Source: Chiloscyllium plagiosum
Lineage: Eukaryota
Reading direction: 5' to 3'
Length of the DNA stretch: 64,000 nucleotides
Assembly: GCF_004010195.1 (NCBI RefSeq)
Contig: NC_057725.1
Span: 39,931,652-39,995,651 of the forward strand
Shown here: positions 1-14,522 of the stretch, one piece after another
Layout of the letters: the number at the start of each line of letters is the position of its first letter
How positions within the stretch are numbered: position 1 is the stretch's first letter
Notes under the pieces: model-generated
Told to the model about the DNA's origin: nothing
Databases searched by the model: none
What the model saw: the letters and a program-made list of their open reading frames with translations, nothing else
Made by a program: the position numbers and the translations under genes

Positions 1-890
1 GACAACTGGATGCAATCTTGGAATAAGCATCAAAATAGGCCCCAGGATTGATGCTTGAATCTTCCAACAGGAGGCTTCATGCCTACTTTTTGCACCACTC
101 ACCTCATCATGTAGTTGGTTTACCAATGCACCTGCCAAGGACAATGCGCAGTGTAAGTAACAGTTTTAAAGGGAGCACTGCTGTCCTCTCCCAGAAAAGA
201 TAAATATGCTTGCATGAAAACAAAGTCAGGAAATGAAGGAGTGCATTAAAACGTAAGTTGCTGTTGAGCACTGCTCACTTATTTCTCATTCCTGGTCAGT
301 GATCTCTGGCCACTCTGTCTCTTTCAATACCTCCTCAAGAGTCACAGTAGCCAGAAACTAAAACTTTGCAAAGTTGCTTGGGAATCCTTTAAACATAATT
401 CCAGTTTGCCAGTGCAAAATCTGGTCTGATTATAAGTCTTTTGTCCAAAATGTGGGAGAACCTGAAATCTGCCAAGGTCTCAGTCCCAATAATACTGAAC
501 TTTGGAATCAGATTTGCACTCTTCCACTGACTCCATAACACCCTGACAACTCCTTTGAGAAATTATTAGTTAGTTTTCACCCTTCTAGTACTTGGTTATC
601 CATTCCTTTGGTTTACCATACATGTCCGGTATTTAGTTTAATGATTGGAATAATCAAATTGTAGTGTCTATACTGCATTTAAAATAAAGGTACACTGTGT
701 ACAAGCTACAAAAATAGTATAATTTGAAATGTTTAAACTAAAATGCAACAATTATCAATCTCATACCTTTCCACTTGTTTTGTGATGGTGCTCCATTGTC
801 ACTGCATCCAATGTCAGTAAGCATGAAAAATCTGTTTGCTGAGGTTTTTGCCTACAATCTGATTAAAAGTCTGTTTGCTTAGTTCCATGA

Positions 891-1154
<264 letters not shown>

Positions 1155-1905
1155 TGATGTAACCTGTTTGGTAACCAGCTTTTTCTTCAAGTGGACCTTT
1201 ATGGAAATACTTGGGTTTTCAGTAAAAACATTAATGTTTGCAATCTGATACTTGTTTGCTGTCAGGGCAACTTGAGTGATGAAATTGAAAGCTGTAATTC
1301 TATAATACAATAGATTGTGTTTTTATAACTATCTTCTTTATATTTTATAGCGTTATAAATACATGCCACTAACTCTAACCGCTACTTTTCTTTCCTGTTT
1401 GGGTTACTTGATTCCTAGAAAACAGAATGATATCAATGCAGTTTCCACATATCACTTCATCTAAATGATACCATAGTAACTTAACAACAATTTGCCTTTA
1501 TGTGATAGCTTTAATGAAGTAAAATGTCCCAAAGTTTTTCTCAAAGGTGACTGAAAGATTGCTTAAAGAGGGAGATTTTAGAAAGTGTCTTGAAGAAGGA
1601 GGTAGATAGATGGAGGAGTTTAAACAGGGAATTTCTGAGTTTGGAGCCGAGGAATCAAAAAGATGTCAATGGTGGATGGGTTACAATTGGAATGAATAAG
1701 AAACCAAAATTGAAGGAGCACAAAGATCCTGGCAGGTTGACACCTGGTGGAGGTGGCAGAGATAGGGATGGATTAGACCGTCCCTTTCTTGTTGTGTTGT
1801 GACTCACTTGTTGTGAGTTTGGATGTGACACAGAATTTCAGATGAGCTAAAGTTTGTGTGAGATGGGAGCTGTGAGATCTGGCAAAGTCTTGAGTACGTA
1901 AGTCA

Positions 1906-2326
1906 CTTAGATTAGATTAGATTAGATTACAGTGTGGAAACAGGCCCTTCGGCCCAACAAGTCCACACCGACCCGCCGAAGCGAAACCCACCCATACCCC
2001 TACATTTACCCCTTACCTAACACTACGGGCAATTTAGTATGGCCAATTCACCTGACCCTGCACATCTTTGGACTGTGGGAGGAAACCGGAGCACCCGGAG
2101 GAAACCCACGCAGACCCGGGGAGAACGTGCAAACTCCACACAGTCAGTCGCCTGAGGCGGGAATTGAACCCGGGTCTCAGGCGCTGTGAGGCAGCAGTGC
2201 TAACCACTATGCCACCGTGCCGCCCACAGCAAACTCCACACAGTCAGTCGCCTGAGGCGGGAATTGAACCCGGGTCTCAGGCGCTGTGAGGCAGCAGTGC
2301 TAACCACTATGCCACCGTGCCGCCCA
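1906..2326 (-). mobile_element. HE1-type (V-SINE) tRNA-derived SINE with duplicated head
   Basis: (TTAGA)n tail, central ggaggaaaccggagcacccggaggaaacccac V-domain, and a tRNA head with B box GGTTCAATTCC on the minus strand. Possible TSD aagtca at 1900-1905 and 2329-2334. Confidence 0.92.
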
Positions 2327-2410
2327 GAAAGTCATGGATGAGTATGACAGCAGGAGATGAGTTGAGGCAGTGCGGAGTTGAGCCATGCTGCAGTAGAACA
2401 TGTAGATGAT

Positions 2411-2589
2411 ACCAAAAGAGAAAATACTGGAAAATCTCAGCAGGTCTGGCAGCATCTGTAAGGAGAGAAAAGAGCTGACGTTTCAAGTCTAACTGACCCT
2501 CTAACAGACCTGCTGAGATTTTCCAGCATTTTCTCTTTTGGTTTCAGATTCCAGCATCCGCAGTAATTTGCTTTTATTTTGTTTTTACT
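2411..2589. mobile_element. Short fold-back PLE pseudo-LTR (pLTR) insertion
   Basis: 38-bp inverted arms at 2411-2448 and 2505-2542 (1 mismatch). 11-bp TSD atgtagatgat at 2400-2410 and 2590-2600. Confidence 0.85.
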
Positions 2590-4850
2590 ATGTAGATGAT
2601 GTTTAAATAATGTTAATGTGCGGTAAAAAATGTATCACCGTCAAAGAAGATACCAAAATTGAGAACAGTCAGGCTGCAAATGGAAGGGAATGGAGTCAGA
2701 GACTACTTAGTGGACATTGGGGACAAAAAACAATGACTTGAGTCTTCCCAGTACTTATTTGGGGAAAATCTTGGGGATGTCTGAAAAACTGTCTTGACAA
2801 TTGAGAGACTATGGAAAAGTTGAAAAGGTTGATGGTGGGGTAGAGCTGAATGTCATCTGAATCCATGTGGAACTTGCCATGCTTTCAGATATTGTGGTAG
2901 AAGCCAATATGTGGACAAGAGGTGAGAGAAAGCCAGGGACAGATATTTGTGGATTCCAGAGGTAACAGTGTAGTTGTGGGAAGAGATTCTCTGATCCTCT
3001 AGTTGCAACTGGATAGATGATAAAATCAGGTGAATGAAGTCCCATCCAACTGGATGATTGAAGAGGATAAAGTGGTTAGCCATGTCAAAGGCTGTCAGCC
3101 GTTTAGAAGGTTAAGTGGGATGGCTCATCATGGCCATAGCTACGTAATTTGTCAGGATGCCATTTGCAACTTTATATTGAAGTGGAAACCGCTTTGGAGA
3201 GATCCAAACGTGAATTCTGGGAAATTTGAGCACGAATTTGGTAGGTGATAACCTATTACACGGCTTTGGTCCAAAAACGAAGTTTGGAAAAGGGACATTA
3301 GTTTCCAAGGACTCTGAACTCAAGAGTTGATTATTGGAAGAGGGACTGCTGATGACAAACTTGAAGGATAAGAGATAGTATCAGGTGAGAGAGAGCTGTT
3401 AATTTGTTCAGATGATTTGGGAATCAAACTATCTCTGAGAAACCTGATGTGGTATTTGGTAAAGATTGAGATGTTCAAAGGAAAAGGGAAAAGATGGAAG
3501 TGTGATTTTGTGATGAGCCCTACATAATTGGAAGCAGCGAGATCCCTTTCTAATTCATTGGAATTAGGCCTTCTCCAGATAGGCAATTTATACTTACTTG
3601 TTCCTTACCATTTTTCAAAACCATTCTAAATCTGATTATATTATGATCATTATTCCTCATGTGACCTCCCACTTAAAATGTTCTACCTATCTCACTTTGT
3701 TCCCAGATCTTGATCCACCAATGCTTCCTCATTGGGTTGAAAGCCTACAGATGAAAATTTTCTTGTGTACACTTTAGAAAATGTCCCCCTTCTGTACTTT
3801 TTGTTCTTAAATTTGTTACTGTTCACATTAGGATAACTGAATACCCCATTATTCCTACCCTGTAGTTCTTGCATCTTTCTGTAACTCATCTGCAGATTTG
3901 TTCCTCTGTTTCCACCTTGTATTCGGTTCAGTTTTTTGAGATGTCAAATATATACATGACTTTTTCTTTAAGTGTAATTTCAATGTGATAACATTATCAC
4001 TAGCTGAAAAATATTAATCGTTTAAGAGACCCTAACTATTTGTTTATCACAGACTATTTGCTTTCATGCCTTTCAACAAAGCTTTATTACCATAGCAACC
4101 AAATCTATCTGGATAACATGAGCCGCAGAGTAACCTGGCTACTTACCAGCAATAGCAGAATTACCTGCAGGATTTGGATTTCACTGAGTTGGCATATATC
4201 TTCCGATATGTAATTGAAAAAAAACACTGCCAGTACAGTTCAGTACTTTTGAAGTTTAAAGGTATAGTTTCTGGTTTTCTAAGATGGGATTGTCTATTTT
4301 GTCGTCTTCATTTTTTTCAACAAGTTTTCTTTGCCTGTGGCATTAACTCTTTGCTGGGACATTAGAAACCCGCCATTGTTGCATGTAAGTAGCCATTTCA
4401 TGTGTGAAACTGGGCAACTACTATTGCGGTATAACATTTTTCATGTTGTCTTTGCCTTGTGACTCTACAGTTTTATGTAAACTGTAGCTTGACAGCATAA
4501 ATTAAAAGAAGTAATGATATAGGTAACAGTGCCAGAATTAACAGTCGGGGTCAACATTTACTGGCACTTGAGAGAGGAAGAGTGCAAAGATAAGGCAGCA
4601 AACCATTTCTCCTTCTACAGGACCATCCAAACTTGAAACCTCTGCCGCAAAGAAGAACAAGGGCCACAGATGCATGGAAGCACAAACACCTGCAAGTTTC
4701 ACTTTTTGCTATACACCATCCTGACTTGGACTATATTGTCGATGCTTCACTTGTACTGAGTCTATTACATGGAATCTCCTTTCAGCAGTACTGTGAATGT
4801 AACTACACCAGATGGACTATAGCAGTTCAAGTACTTACAGGATCTTTTCA

Positions 4851-4965
4851 TGGGCTTGTGCCCGTCAACTCTCCTGCTCCTTGGATGCTGCCTGATCTGC
4901 TGTGCTTTTCCAGCATGATCTTTTTTAGACTCTGATTCTCCAGCATGTGCAGTCCTCACTTTCTC
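4851..4965 (+). mobile_element. Short PLE pLTR fragment
   Basis: gggcttgtgccc...gatgctgcctgatctgctgtgcttttccagc...cagcatgtgcagtcctcactttctc. 7-bp TSD cttttca at 4844-4850 and 4966-4972. Confidence 0.8.
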
Positions 4966-7269
4966 CTTTTCAACATCAGTTAGGGATCAACAGCATGAAA
5001 CTCTCCTCCCATGAAAAACTTTTTAAAAAATCAATGCAAGATTTTAAAATTTGTTGTGTTGAAGGAAAGCGAACCAGTGAAATTTGATGAGAAACTCTAC
5101 GTGGAGTTTATATAGGATGGGACATAGAAACTTGGAAAGTAGACTATTGGAGTAAACAATTTTGGAATCAATTAAGGCCTGGCTGACGATTTCAATGTAT
5201 GTGGGACAAGCTTGGTGGATGCAGTGTTGTGGAGTTGTGCACTTTGAACAGCTATCATTAAATAGCTGGTCATTTTTCCCCTTCCCTTCCCAGACTGTTG
5301 TCCAGTTATTGAACCTGGAATCTTCATGTTCTTTTCTGGAATTGAAGCTTGTATTTGTTGCTGTGAATAGCCCAGTTACTAGCTAGATTAGTTTGAGCTG
5401 CAAGTTAGCTTTTTGAATTAATCTATTGCTGTTGTCCATTTCTGGAGTGGGTTGTCTTTTCCAGAGGACAGTTTGTATGTTGAATTCAGAAATGAACACC
5501 ATTTTAACAAAAACCTGCTGTCATCTTCATAAAGCAACTCATAAATGAAGAACACAGGAGACAAACCTAAAAGAGAAAATAATGTAGTATAATTTCAAGT
5601 TTATCAAATATGTCAGGAAGAAATTAGACTAGAAATTGAGCCAAATTCTAAAAAGCTGGGAGAAAATTAGCAACTTCTAAATAGAGACAAATACGAAAAT
5701 TGAGATAATAAGTTGGAATAAAAGTGAAATAAGTAAATATAATGAAGAAATGAAGGGTGCACAGTAGAGCTAAGATCAAAGTGAATGATGAAAGAATAAA
5801 GTTTTCAGAAGGGAATAAAACAAAAGTGAAAATAGTAAAGCTGATTGTTTAATGTTGGTATTTCATTCTGAAAGAATGGCGCTCAGTGGAACTCTGAACT
5901 TTATTTTTATTCATTACTTTATCAATCTCAATTTGGATCAATAGAAAGTATTTTCTTGCAGATCTGACCATTGATATTAGGACCACAAAAACACACACTC
6001 TTTTTGATGTCCCACCTGAAAGTTGTGCTTTGAAAAATATTATCACTTGTGAGTTCTGAAAAACTTTTAATGTAATTCAGTCCTGAAATGTATTTGAACC
6101 AATAATGTTCTGTCGAAGATGTGAGTGCTACTGAGTCAGTTAGCTCTCAAGAATCAATTAAATGCTAGAATAAGTAACAACATTGGAACAGCATTTTGGC
6201 ATTTACTGCAATGACTTTTGTGATCCACTTTGAAATGTAAACCATTCTAGTACCTAAAATCCTGTTAATATGTGGTTGCTTAATAATACAATAAGAATGA
6301 CATATATACGATAAACTTTGAGGATAGCATTGTGTTAAAGGTATTGGCATTCTACTTAGTGGGCTACAAAGTAACATATGACATGTTCCCCATGTTCCTT
6401 GCACAGTTTCTGAACTGCACTGTGCTGTACAAGCAGAGATTAAGTCAACATCAGGAAATGGAGGAAGCGGAGTTTTAGAGCAGTATTGACGGATTGTTAC
6501 CGTCACAAAGGTAAATGAACATTTAATTGCACAGAAATTACACATGAATACAGACCATTTGGCCCACCCAGTCTAGTGTTACTGGCAAGGCCAGCATTCG
6601 TCGCTTACCTATGATTTCCCTTCAAGAGATGATGATGAGCCGCTATCTTAAACTGTTGCTTAGTGTGTTGAAGAAAGTCCCACAGTGCGCTCACCTGTGG
6701 AATTCCAAGATTTTGACCCAGCGCCAATGATGGAACAATTATACATTTCTAAGTCTAGATGTCATGAGGGAATCTCAAAGGTGATGATGTTCCTGTATGT
6801 GTGCTGCCCTTTTTCTTCTCAATGGTAAAAATCGAGGGGTTTGGGTAGGGCTGTCAATGAAATCATGCTGATGTATATCCTGCAAATGAGCGGTCATTGA
6901 TTTTTCTTCAGCTAACTATATAACCTGTTCTTAAATATTGACATGATCTCTGCTCACTTAAAAGTATTGCATTCTACAGCCGCACAACCCACTATGTAAA
7001 ATATTTCTTCGGCTCTCTGTTTTACAATTTTATATTTAATGTTGTATCTATCAATATTCCTTCTATACTAGACATTTACCCCATCTCATCACTTAATAAC
7101 TTGATGTATCCCTAAAACATATACATTTAATCCCTTCTATTTTAAAAATAAATCTAACTTTCCAAATAATGTCTTCTATTTTTACTGCATGATCAATAAA
7201 TCTAATTTTATTAGTACTGTGTTTGCAAAATTAAAAAGTAAATGTTGCAATTTAATATGTACTTAATGT

Positions 7270-7935
7270 AAAAACCTAAAAAAAAAAGGAGTATACCATC
7301 TGGCCAGTCAAACCTGCTCTGGCATTCAATAAGATTGTACCTGATCTTCCTCAGGCCTCAATTCTTCTTTTAATGCCAGCTCCTCACTAACCGCAACTCC
7401 CTAACATTTCAAAAATTTCTGTTTAAATACTTTGCGATTGAGCCTCCACAACTCTCCGTAGTAAAGAATCCCAGACATAGATAACCTTCTGGGAAATGAA
7501 ATTCTTTCAGATCTGTTCTAAATCATGTCCCCTTATTCTTAACTACATCCACTTGTGTAAATATCTTCTCACATTTACCTGATTGAACCCCTTCAGAATC
7601 TTGTATGTTTCAATTGGATCACCACCTCATTCTTCTAAACTCCAACAAATGAAGACCTAACCTGTTTAGCTGTTGGTCAATCCCATCATCCCAGGTGACA
7701 TCACATTTCCCCATAATAAACTCCATGTGCTAGGTTTTTGCCTTCTCAACCCATGACTTTCCCCTTGTAAATTCCTTGTGTCCTATCATAACAAGCCATC
7801 CAGCCTACTGTTGTATCATCAGCAAAGTTGGATACACTGCACTCTGCTGCCTCCTTGAAGTTATGAATATTTGGAGTAAATTATTGAGGTCCTGTGAATA
7901 ATCCTTGCAACACTCCATTCGTTACAACTTTCCAG
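7270..7935 (-). mobile_element. Old CR1-clade LINE 3' fragment
   Basis: Reverse-complemented CR1 3' tail plus an RT remnant (catcagcaaa = FADD motif on the minus strand). Confidence 0.65.
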
Positions 7936-8842
7936 AAAGCGATTAATGAAGACAAATAAAAGTACCTTACAGTCAGAAATAGGGCATAATGAAAACAAAA
8001 AGATGGCAGACTAATTAAATGCATATCTTAGTTCAGTCTTCACAAAGAAGTACTCAAAAAAAGTCCCAAAAGTGTGAGGGAACAGCCCAGTGAGAGGTAG
8101 GAACTGAAAGAAATCTGTATTAGTAAGGAAACTGATGGGTTTAAAGGCCAATAAATTCCCCAGTGGATAATGATCTACATCCCAGAGTATTTAAGGAAGT
8201 AACCCTAGAAAATAGTGGATGCATTGATGGTGAACATCTTTTTAAAAGTCTGTAGACTGGGGAACAGTTCCTATGGATTGGATGGATTCTAATCTAATCT
8301 TACTGTTTAGAGAGGGAGATATAGAGAAAACAGGGAATTACAGATCAATTAGTACAGATCATTGATGTTGGTAATGGGGAAAATACCCATTATAAACAAT
8401 TTAATAGCAGAACACTTGGAAAACAGTGACATGATCAGACAGAGTCAACATGGATTTATGAAAGAGAAATCAAGATTGACAAATTTACTGGAATTTTTTG
8501 AGGATGTTGCTAAATAGAGTTCATCAAGAAGAGCCTGTTGATATAGTTTACTTCAACTTTCAGAAGGCTTTTAATAAGGTCCAACATAAGAGATTAGCAT
8601 GTTAAAATGCATGGAATTGCATATAGTGTACAGACATGGATAAAGAATTCGTTGGCAAAAGAAAAATATTTTTCTGAGTGGCAGCTATTTTCTTGGCGAT
8701 TGATTGGGAAAAGGGGAGATCCCTGTGCACCCAGTTTTTGAAAATGAGCATGCAAGTGCAGCAGGTGATGAAGACAAATGGTATGTTGGTGGGAGCAGGG
8801 GTGTCTTGCTGTAATTAGACCACACCTGGGTTAATATGTGCC

Positions 8843-8970
8843 GTGATGTGGAGGTGCCGATGTTGAACTGGGGTGAATAAAGTTAAAGATCATACAACAG
8901 CAGGTTATAGTCCAACACATTTATTTGGAGGCACTAGTGTTCAGAGTGCTGCTCCTTCATGAGGTGGTAT
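8843..8970 (-). mobile_element. PLE pLTR fragment with decayed hammerhead
   Basis: Minus strand reads cacctcatgaaggagcagcactctgaacactagtg...gttggactataacctg, a decayed CTGATGA-stem-GAAA motif. Confidence 0.65.
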
Positions 8971-9239
8971 TATTATATGCAGTTTCAATCACCTTATCTG
9001 GGGCAGGAAATTCTGGTGTTGGAGAGAATGCAACAAATGTTTACTGTTTTCTGGGATGGCAGGACTGAAATATGAGGAGAGATTGGATTGTTTAAGATTA
9101 TGTTCACTGTAGTTTAAAAGAATGAGGAGCGATATCATGGAAGCACTATAAAATTCTAACTGGACTAGAAGGGTAAAGGCAAGAAGGAGCTTCCTCATGA
9201 CCAGGGAATCCCAGAACCAGTGGTCACAGTTTAAGGATA

Positions 9240-9459
9240 CAGGTCATTCTGCTGTAATGTGCGTTTCATTAAGGCGAATTCATTATAATGCGATTGAAGA
9301 ATTAGGGACAGTGCTTCTAAAGTGCAAAACTTTAAAACGTGTTGGCTGTAACGCGATTACATCGCCAACATTTTAAGCACTGTTTCTAACATGAGAAACA
9401 TTTTCTATAATGTGGGGTTGCACAAGAATGCAACCATTACGTTACAGAAGAAGTACTTG
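9240..9459. mobile_element. Tc1/mariner-pogo (Tigger-like) MITE
   Basis: Imperfect ~21-bp TIRs (CAGGTCATTCTGCTGTAATGT vs CAAGTACTTCTTCTGTAACGT) with TA on both sides. The CR1 sequence resumes cleanly across it. Confidence 0.8.
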
Positions 9460-10130
9460 TATGTGATAGGCCATTTTGGACTGAAATGAGGAGAAATTTC
9501 TTCATCCAGAGAATGGAGAGCCTGTGGGATTCCCTGCCTCAGAGAGTGGTTCATGTCACAGCATTGAATGTTTTCAAGAAGGAGGTGAATGTAATTCTTA
9601 AGGCTAATGCTATCAAAAGGTATGGGGGCAAAATGGCAATGGTGTACTGAATTATATGATAAGCCTTGATCATATTGAATGGACTTGTTTTTGATGATTC
9701 TATTCAAACTTTGGCTTGTGTGTGTTAACTCATCCGAAATCCATGTTGTAATGTTACCCTCATTACCGTGAACTCCAATCTTGTGCAATAACATTTTACT
9801 TGACACCTTATCAAATGCGTTCTGGATACAAGGTTTTGGACCAATTAAATGTTTAGTTATTGGACAAAAAAAAATCAAAATAAAATGAATGTTATTGTTT
9901 GTATCCTTGTTTTACTACTCGAGGTTAAAGGAAATATAGGTAAATCAAAAAATTTTGAATCAAATCTCTGGCAGAACTATTGTGCAATAGTTATTTTCAA
10001 GCATGCATATGCATAACGATAAAGATGTAAATATGATATTACAGTAATATGTTGACTAAATATTGGAGCTGATTTACTACATGTGTTATGCCCTGTTTTT
10101 GTTAAAGTCAAATTGCATTGTATCTGATAA

Positions 10131-10349
<219 letters not shown>

Positions 10350-11284
10350 TAAAGCCTGCAATTGTTTTGTTACCTAACAGAGCAGATATCTATTTAACTA
10401 TCCATTTTGGTAAAAAATGTAATGAATGCTTTCTTGCAATAAAAGTATAAGAGTGTTGTGCCATCTTTTTGATTCACTTTTGTTGTTCCTGAATGACACG
10501 TTATAGGTGAGAAGGGGAATGGCTCATTCTCAGGCTTCAGCCAATTTTAAGTCAATCAGTCATTTACTATGAGGAGCAAAATCTGGGATAAGTTTCAATC
10601 CTCACTTCCACTCAGATCCTTTACCTTTATAATGTTTAGAAGAGATTTTTTGATTGGAATGTGCAATGCACAGGTATATTTTCAATTTGTAGTCATAATA
10701 TACATTATGCAGTGTGCATACAAGAATTTGCCAGAGTTTAAAATCCTTCAGAATAAGGTCTGAGTCTCAATTTCTTGTTCAAAGCCTGAAGGTCAGAATT
10801 TTTCATTGTTGAGTAACAAGACTAAATCCTGGAAAGGTGATGATCACTGTAACAGACACAGAAAAGGTGTTCTGTTTAAGTGAATAATTACCCTGTGCAG
10901 TTCCTGCATGTTTATAATGGGTGAGAGAATCCTGTTTAATTAAGCAAAAATTTTGAAACACTCAGCAAAAGATTCACAGTTGGCTAAAAGGAATTTATAG
11001 CCTGGATTTGATGTCTAGACTGCATGTTGGATTTAGGGCAGAAAAATTAACAACTCTGTACAGTTCGTGTAATGCTTCAGTGAATTGTTTTTCAAAGAAA
11101 CATAAGAGGACTTAGCATGAAATGCTAATTCTGCTGAATTTGAGCTGTAACTTCTTTCAAACTATTAAATGACAAAAGAATTTTAAAAGATTACCTTTTT
11201 TGCACATTGCTGAAACATTTTATAATATTTTGCACTTTTATTGTTGAATTTATCTTTGTTATGTAATTATGATGTTATTTATAA

Positions 11285-11560
<276 letters not shown>

Positions 11561-12084
11561 TAGACTAGCTAGTAATATTCAATAATCCTGAAGAATCATA
11601 AAAAAAATTTTTTGGCAAAAGTCTGAAAATGTTTGTGTGCTGTGAAATTCATAAACATCATGGTTTAAAAAAAATCAATGTAAATGGGATTTGTAAAGTC
11701 AGTCTGAATATCTGATAAATATAGAACAGTCCAGCACAGAAATATGCCCACCATGTATATGCTGACCATGATGCCATTCTAAACTAATCCCATCTGCCAA
11801 CACATGATCCATATCTCTCTATTCCCTGCCTGTTCATGTGTCTGTTTAAACGTTGTTATTTGTAACATATTGTTTATTCATCAGCTTCTTGTAATTTTCT
11901 AACTCCATTGAAACACAAGTGATTTTTCTGCAAATCTAATCTTTCCCATTGTAAGACTAAGCATACTCAGCTGTACAACACCCTCTTTTCTTTCCACTTA
12001 TGTAGCTGGGTATTTGGCTGCTTTTGAATCTCAAACATGCAACTGTAGGTTTTTGGATAGCAAATGGATATTTAGTTTTGGGAT

Positions 12085-12657
12085 GCACAGGACATTGGTT
12101 AGGCCACTGTTGGAATATTGCATGCAATTCCGGTCTCCTCCCTATTGGAAATGTTGTGACACTTGAAAGGTTCAGAAAAGATTTACAATGATGTTGCCAG
12201 GGTTGGAGGATTTGAGCTATAGGGAGAGATTAGATAGGCTGCGGCTGTTTTTCCTGGAGCGTCAGAGGCTGAGGGGTGAGCTTATAGAGGTTTACAAAAT
12301 TATGAGGGGCATGGATAGGATAAATAGACAAAGTCTTTTCCCTGGGGTGGTGGAGTCCAGAACTAGAGGCCATAGGTTTAGGGTGAGAGGGGAAAAGATA
12401 TAAAGGAGACTGAAGGGGCAACTTTTTCTCACAGAGGGTGGTACATTTATGGAATGAGCTGCCAGAGGAAGTGGTGGAGGCTAGTGCAATTGCAACATTT
12501 AAAAGACATCTGGATGGGTATATGAATAGGAAGGGTTTGGAGGGATATGGGCCAGATGCTGGCAGGTGGGACTAGATTGGATTAGGATATCTGGTCGGCA
12601 TGGACAAGTTGGATCGAAGGGCCTGACTGTTTAGGTGCTGTATGTCTCTATGACTCT
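12085..12657 (+). mobile_element. HER1/CR1 LINE, 5'-truncated
   Basis: LPGLEDLSYRERLDRL...RLRGELIEVYKIMRG...RTRGHRF, followed by the gaagggcct...ctctatgactct tail. Confidence 0.9.
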
Positions 12658-13997
12658 GTTAGATGTAAATGAAAGGTAATTATGAAGTCAGTATTATGAT
12701 GAAATCCTCTATAGCATTTGCTTGTTGTACCAAGCAAGCCAGCAATCTATGACCGATTAGCATTAATGGAGCAGATGGTCTGAAGGTTGTTGTGTGGCAA
12801 CTTTGCATAATGCCTAGCAATTGGTGAGGGACTTACTGCAAGGTTTTCAATAGGTCACTTTTCAGGAATACTGAAGAGGAATTCAAAGGTTAGAGGAGAA
12901 AGAGAAAGAGGGAAATGTCGACTCTGTGGTAGGATTACTGAAGCTACTGTACTGATAAGAAGATAGTCAAACTACACACTATGTAGAGAGCTCAGGAAGG
13001 AGTCAAGAGCAATTGGATGTTTTTGGTATGTCAGAAAACAAGAAATTCTCAAAATTAGTGGGCATCTGGAGTCAGTCAGGACGCAAGTGGTCCTGGGGAG
13101 CTGAGACAGATCGTAGATTCTGTATCGGAAGGGACCTGTAAGCCGTAATAGAGTTATAGAGTTTTATACTATGGAAAGTGGCCATTCAGCCCATTGTGTC
13201 TATACCAGCTATCAAGCACTCTAATCCTATTTTACAGCATTTAGCTCATAACTTTGTATGTTATGGTGCTTAAGTGTTCATTTAAATACTTTTTAAATGT
13301 TGTGATGGTTTCTGCCCCTACCACCCTTTCAGGCATACCCATCACCCAAAAGTTTCCTTAAATTCCCTCGAAGTGTCCTGCCCCTTACCTTAAATCTGAT
13401 TAACCTAAGATTTGATCCCTCTATTGAGGGGAAACATTTCTTTCTCTCCACCCAATCTGTGTCCTATTTAATTTTGTACAGCTCAGTCAGGTCTTCTCAC
13501 CATCTCCCCCCCCCCACCCCCAGCTTTCTCTGCTGTGAGGAAAGCAACCTCACCCTACTTAGTCTCTCTTATTAGCTGAAATGATACTTCAGTGCAACTG
13601 AGGTAGTGGGGATTGAAAGCACGGAAGCAATGTTTGCTTGATGTAGCTGAGAAAAACTGGAACTTGGGGAAAACCGGGAACAATTTTAATTTGGTAGAGC
13701 TAGCTGTTGGTGGAGTTATATTTCTGAATGAGTGCAGTTTTGGAGTCCAGGGATAGATACAGAATGGGAGCAGTTAGTAAAGCGGCACAGAACTCTTGAG
13801 AGAGAATTTCAAGGCAAATCCTTGAGAAGTTTAATGGGATTTTCTGATTCACTGTGTCATCACCATTTGGAGGACATTGCTGAATATCCCAGAGAAGGAG
13901 GTTTAGAGGGGATTTAAATAAGCATTTGGGTGATAGGTATGCCTGCAAGGGTGATTGGGACAGAAACTATCACAACATTTAAAAAGTATTTAAATCA

Positions 13998-14522
13998 TGT
14001 TATGGACCAGGCCAGACTCTCTCAAAATATTTTAAGAAGGTAGCCCAGATCCTAACTTGTATTTTTTTTAAAGGCAGATTTAATGTGGATATTCCAGGGG
14101 TGATGCAGGTAGTCAAACCACTCGGCTTCAAGCAAAACAGAATTTATTTAAACACTGCCCTTCAAACATGAAAAAAAACAGAATTTAGAATAACAACTAT
14201 TTGAAAAGCCAACCAACTCAAAATCTCAACTTAGTGAACTTATTCCAATTCCCGCAACTTCCCATTAACACACCTCTTGGCAAATTGTAAATTCAAACAC
14301 AGGTCCTTACAGGCAAGATCGGTTTCAGCTAGAAAGTTCAGGCAAGAAGTATCTGTGAAAGCATGTAATCTCTTTTTCACTGTAACTGCTTCTCTGCTAC
14401 CAGCAGTTTTTTGTCTGCCTGTTTAGAATCAAAGCCTGAACTGGGAGAACTGGCCACTCCCCTGCCATTGTTAAAGTAAGCTCTTTCTGAGACATATCAG
14501 CACCTCTGCCTTTATGACCCCT
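13998..14522 (-). mobile_element. Partial LTR, same family as 37761-38436
   Basis: Begins tgttatggaccag...gtagcccaga and aligns by eye with the 37761 copy. Contains a reverse poly(A) signal (tttatt). Truncated by a PLE fragment. Confidence 0.65.

Larger units (their letters stand above)
1480..3560 (-). mobile_element. Old, fragmented L2-clade LINE interrupted by younger inserts
   Basis: Starts with a reverse-complemented L2-like 3' tail (aacaacaatttgcctttatgtgatagctttaatgaagtaaaatgtccc), followed by purine-rich decayed antisense ORF sequence. Boundaries approximate. Confidence 0.45.
7945..9680 (+). mobile_element. Old CR1-clade LINE (RT region to 3' tail) with nested PLE fragment and MITE
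   Basis: Decayed motifs QSQHGFMK, DIVYFNFQKAF and the CR1 3' end (gagaaatttcttcatccagaga...gatcatattgaatgg). Confidence 0.8.
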
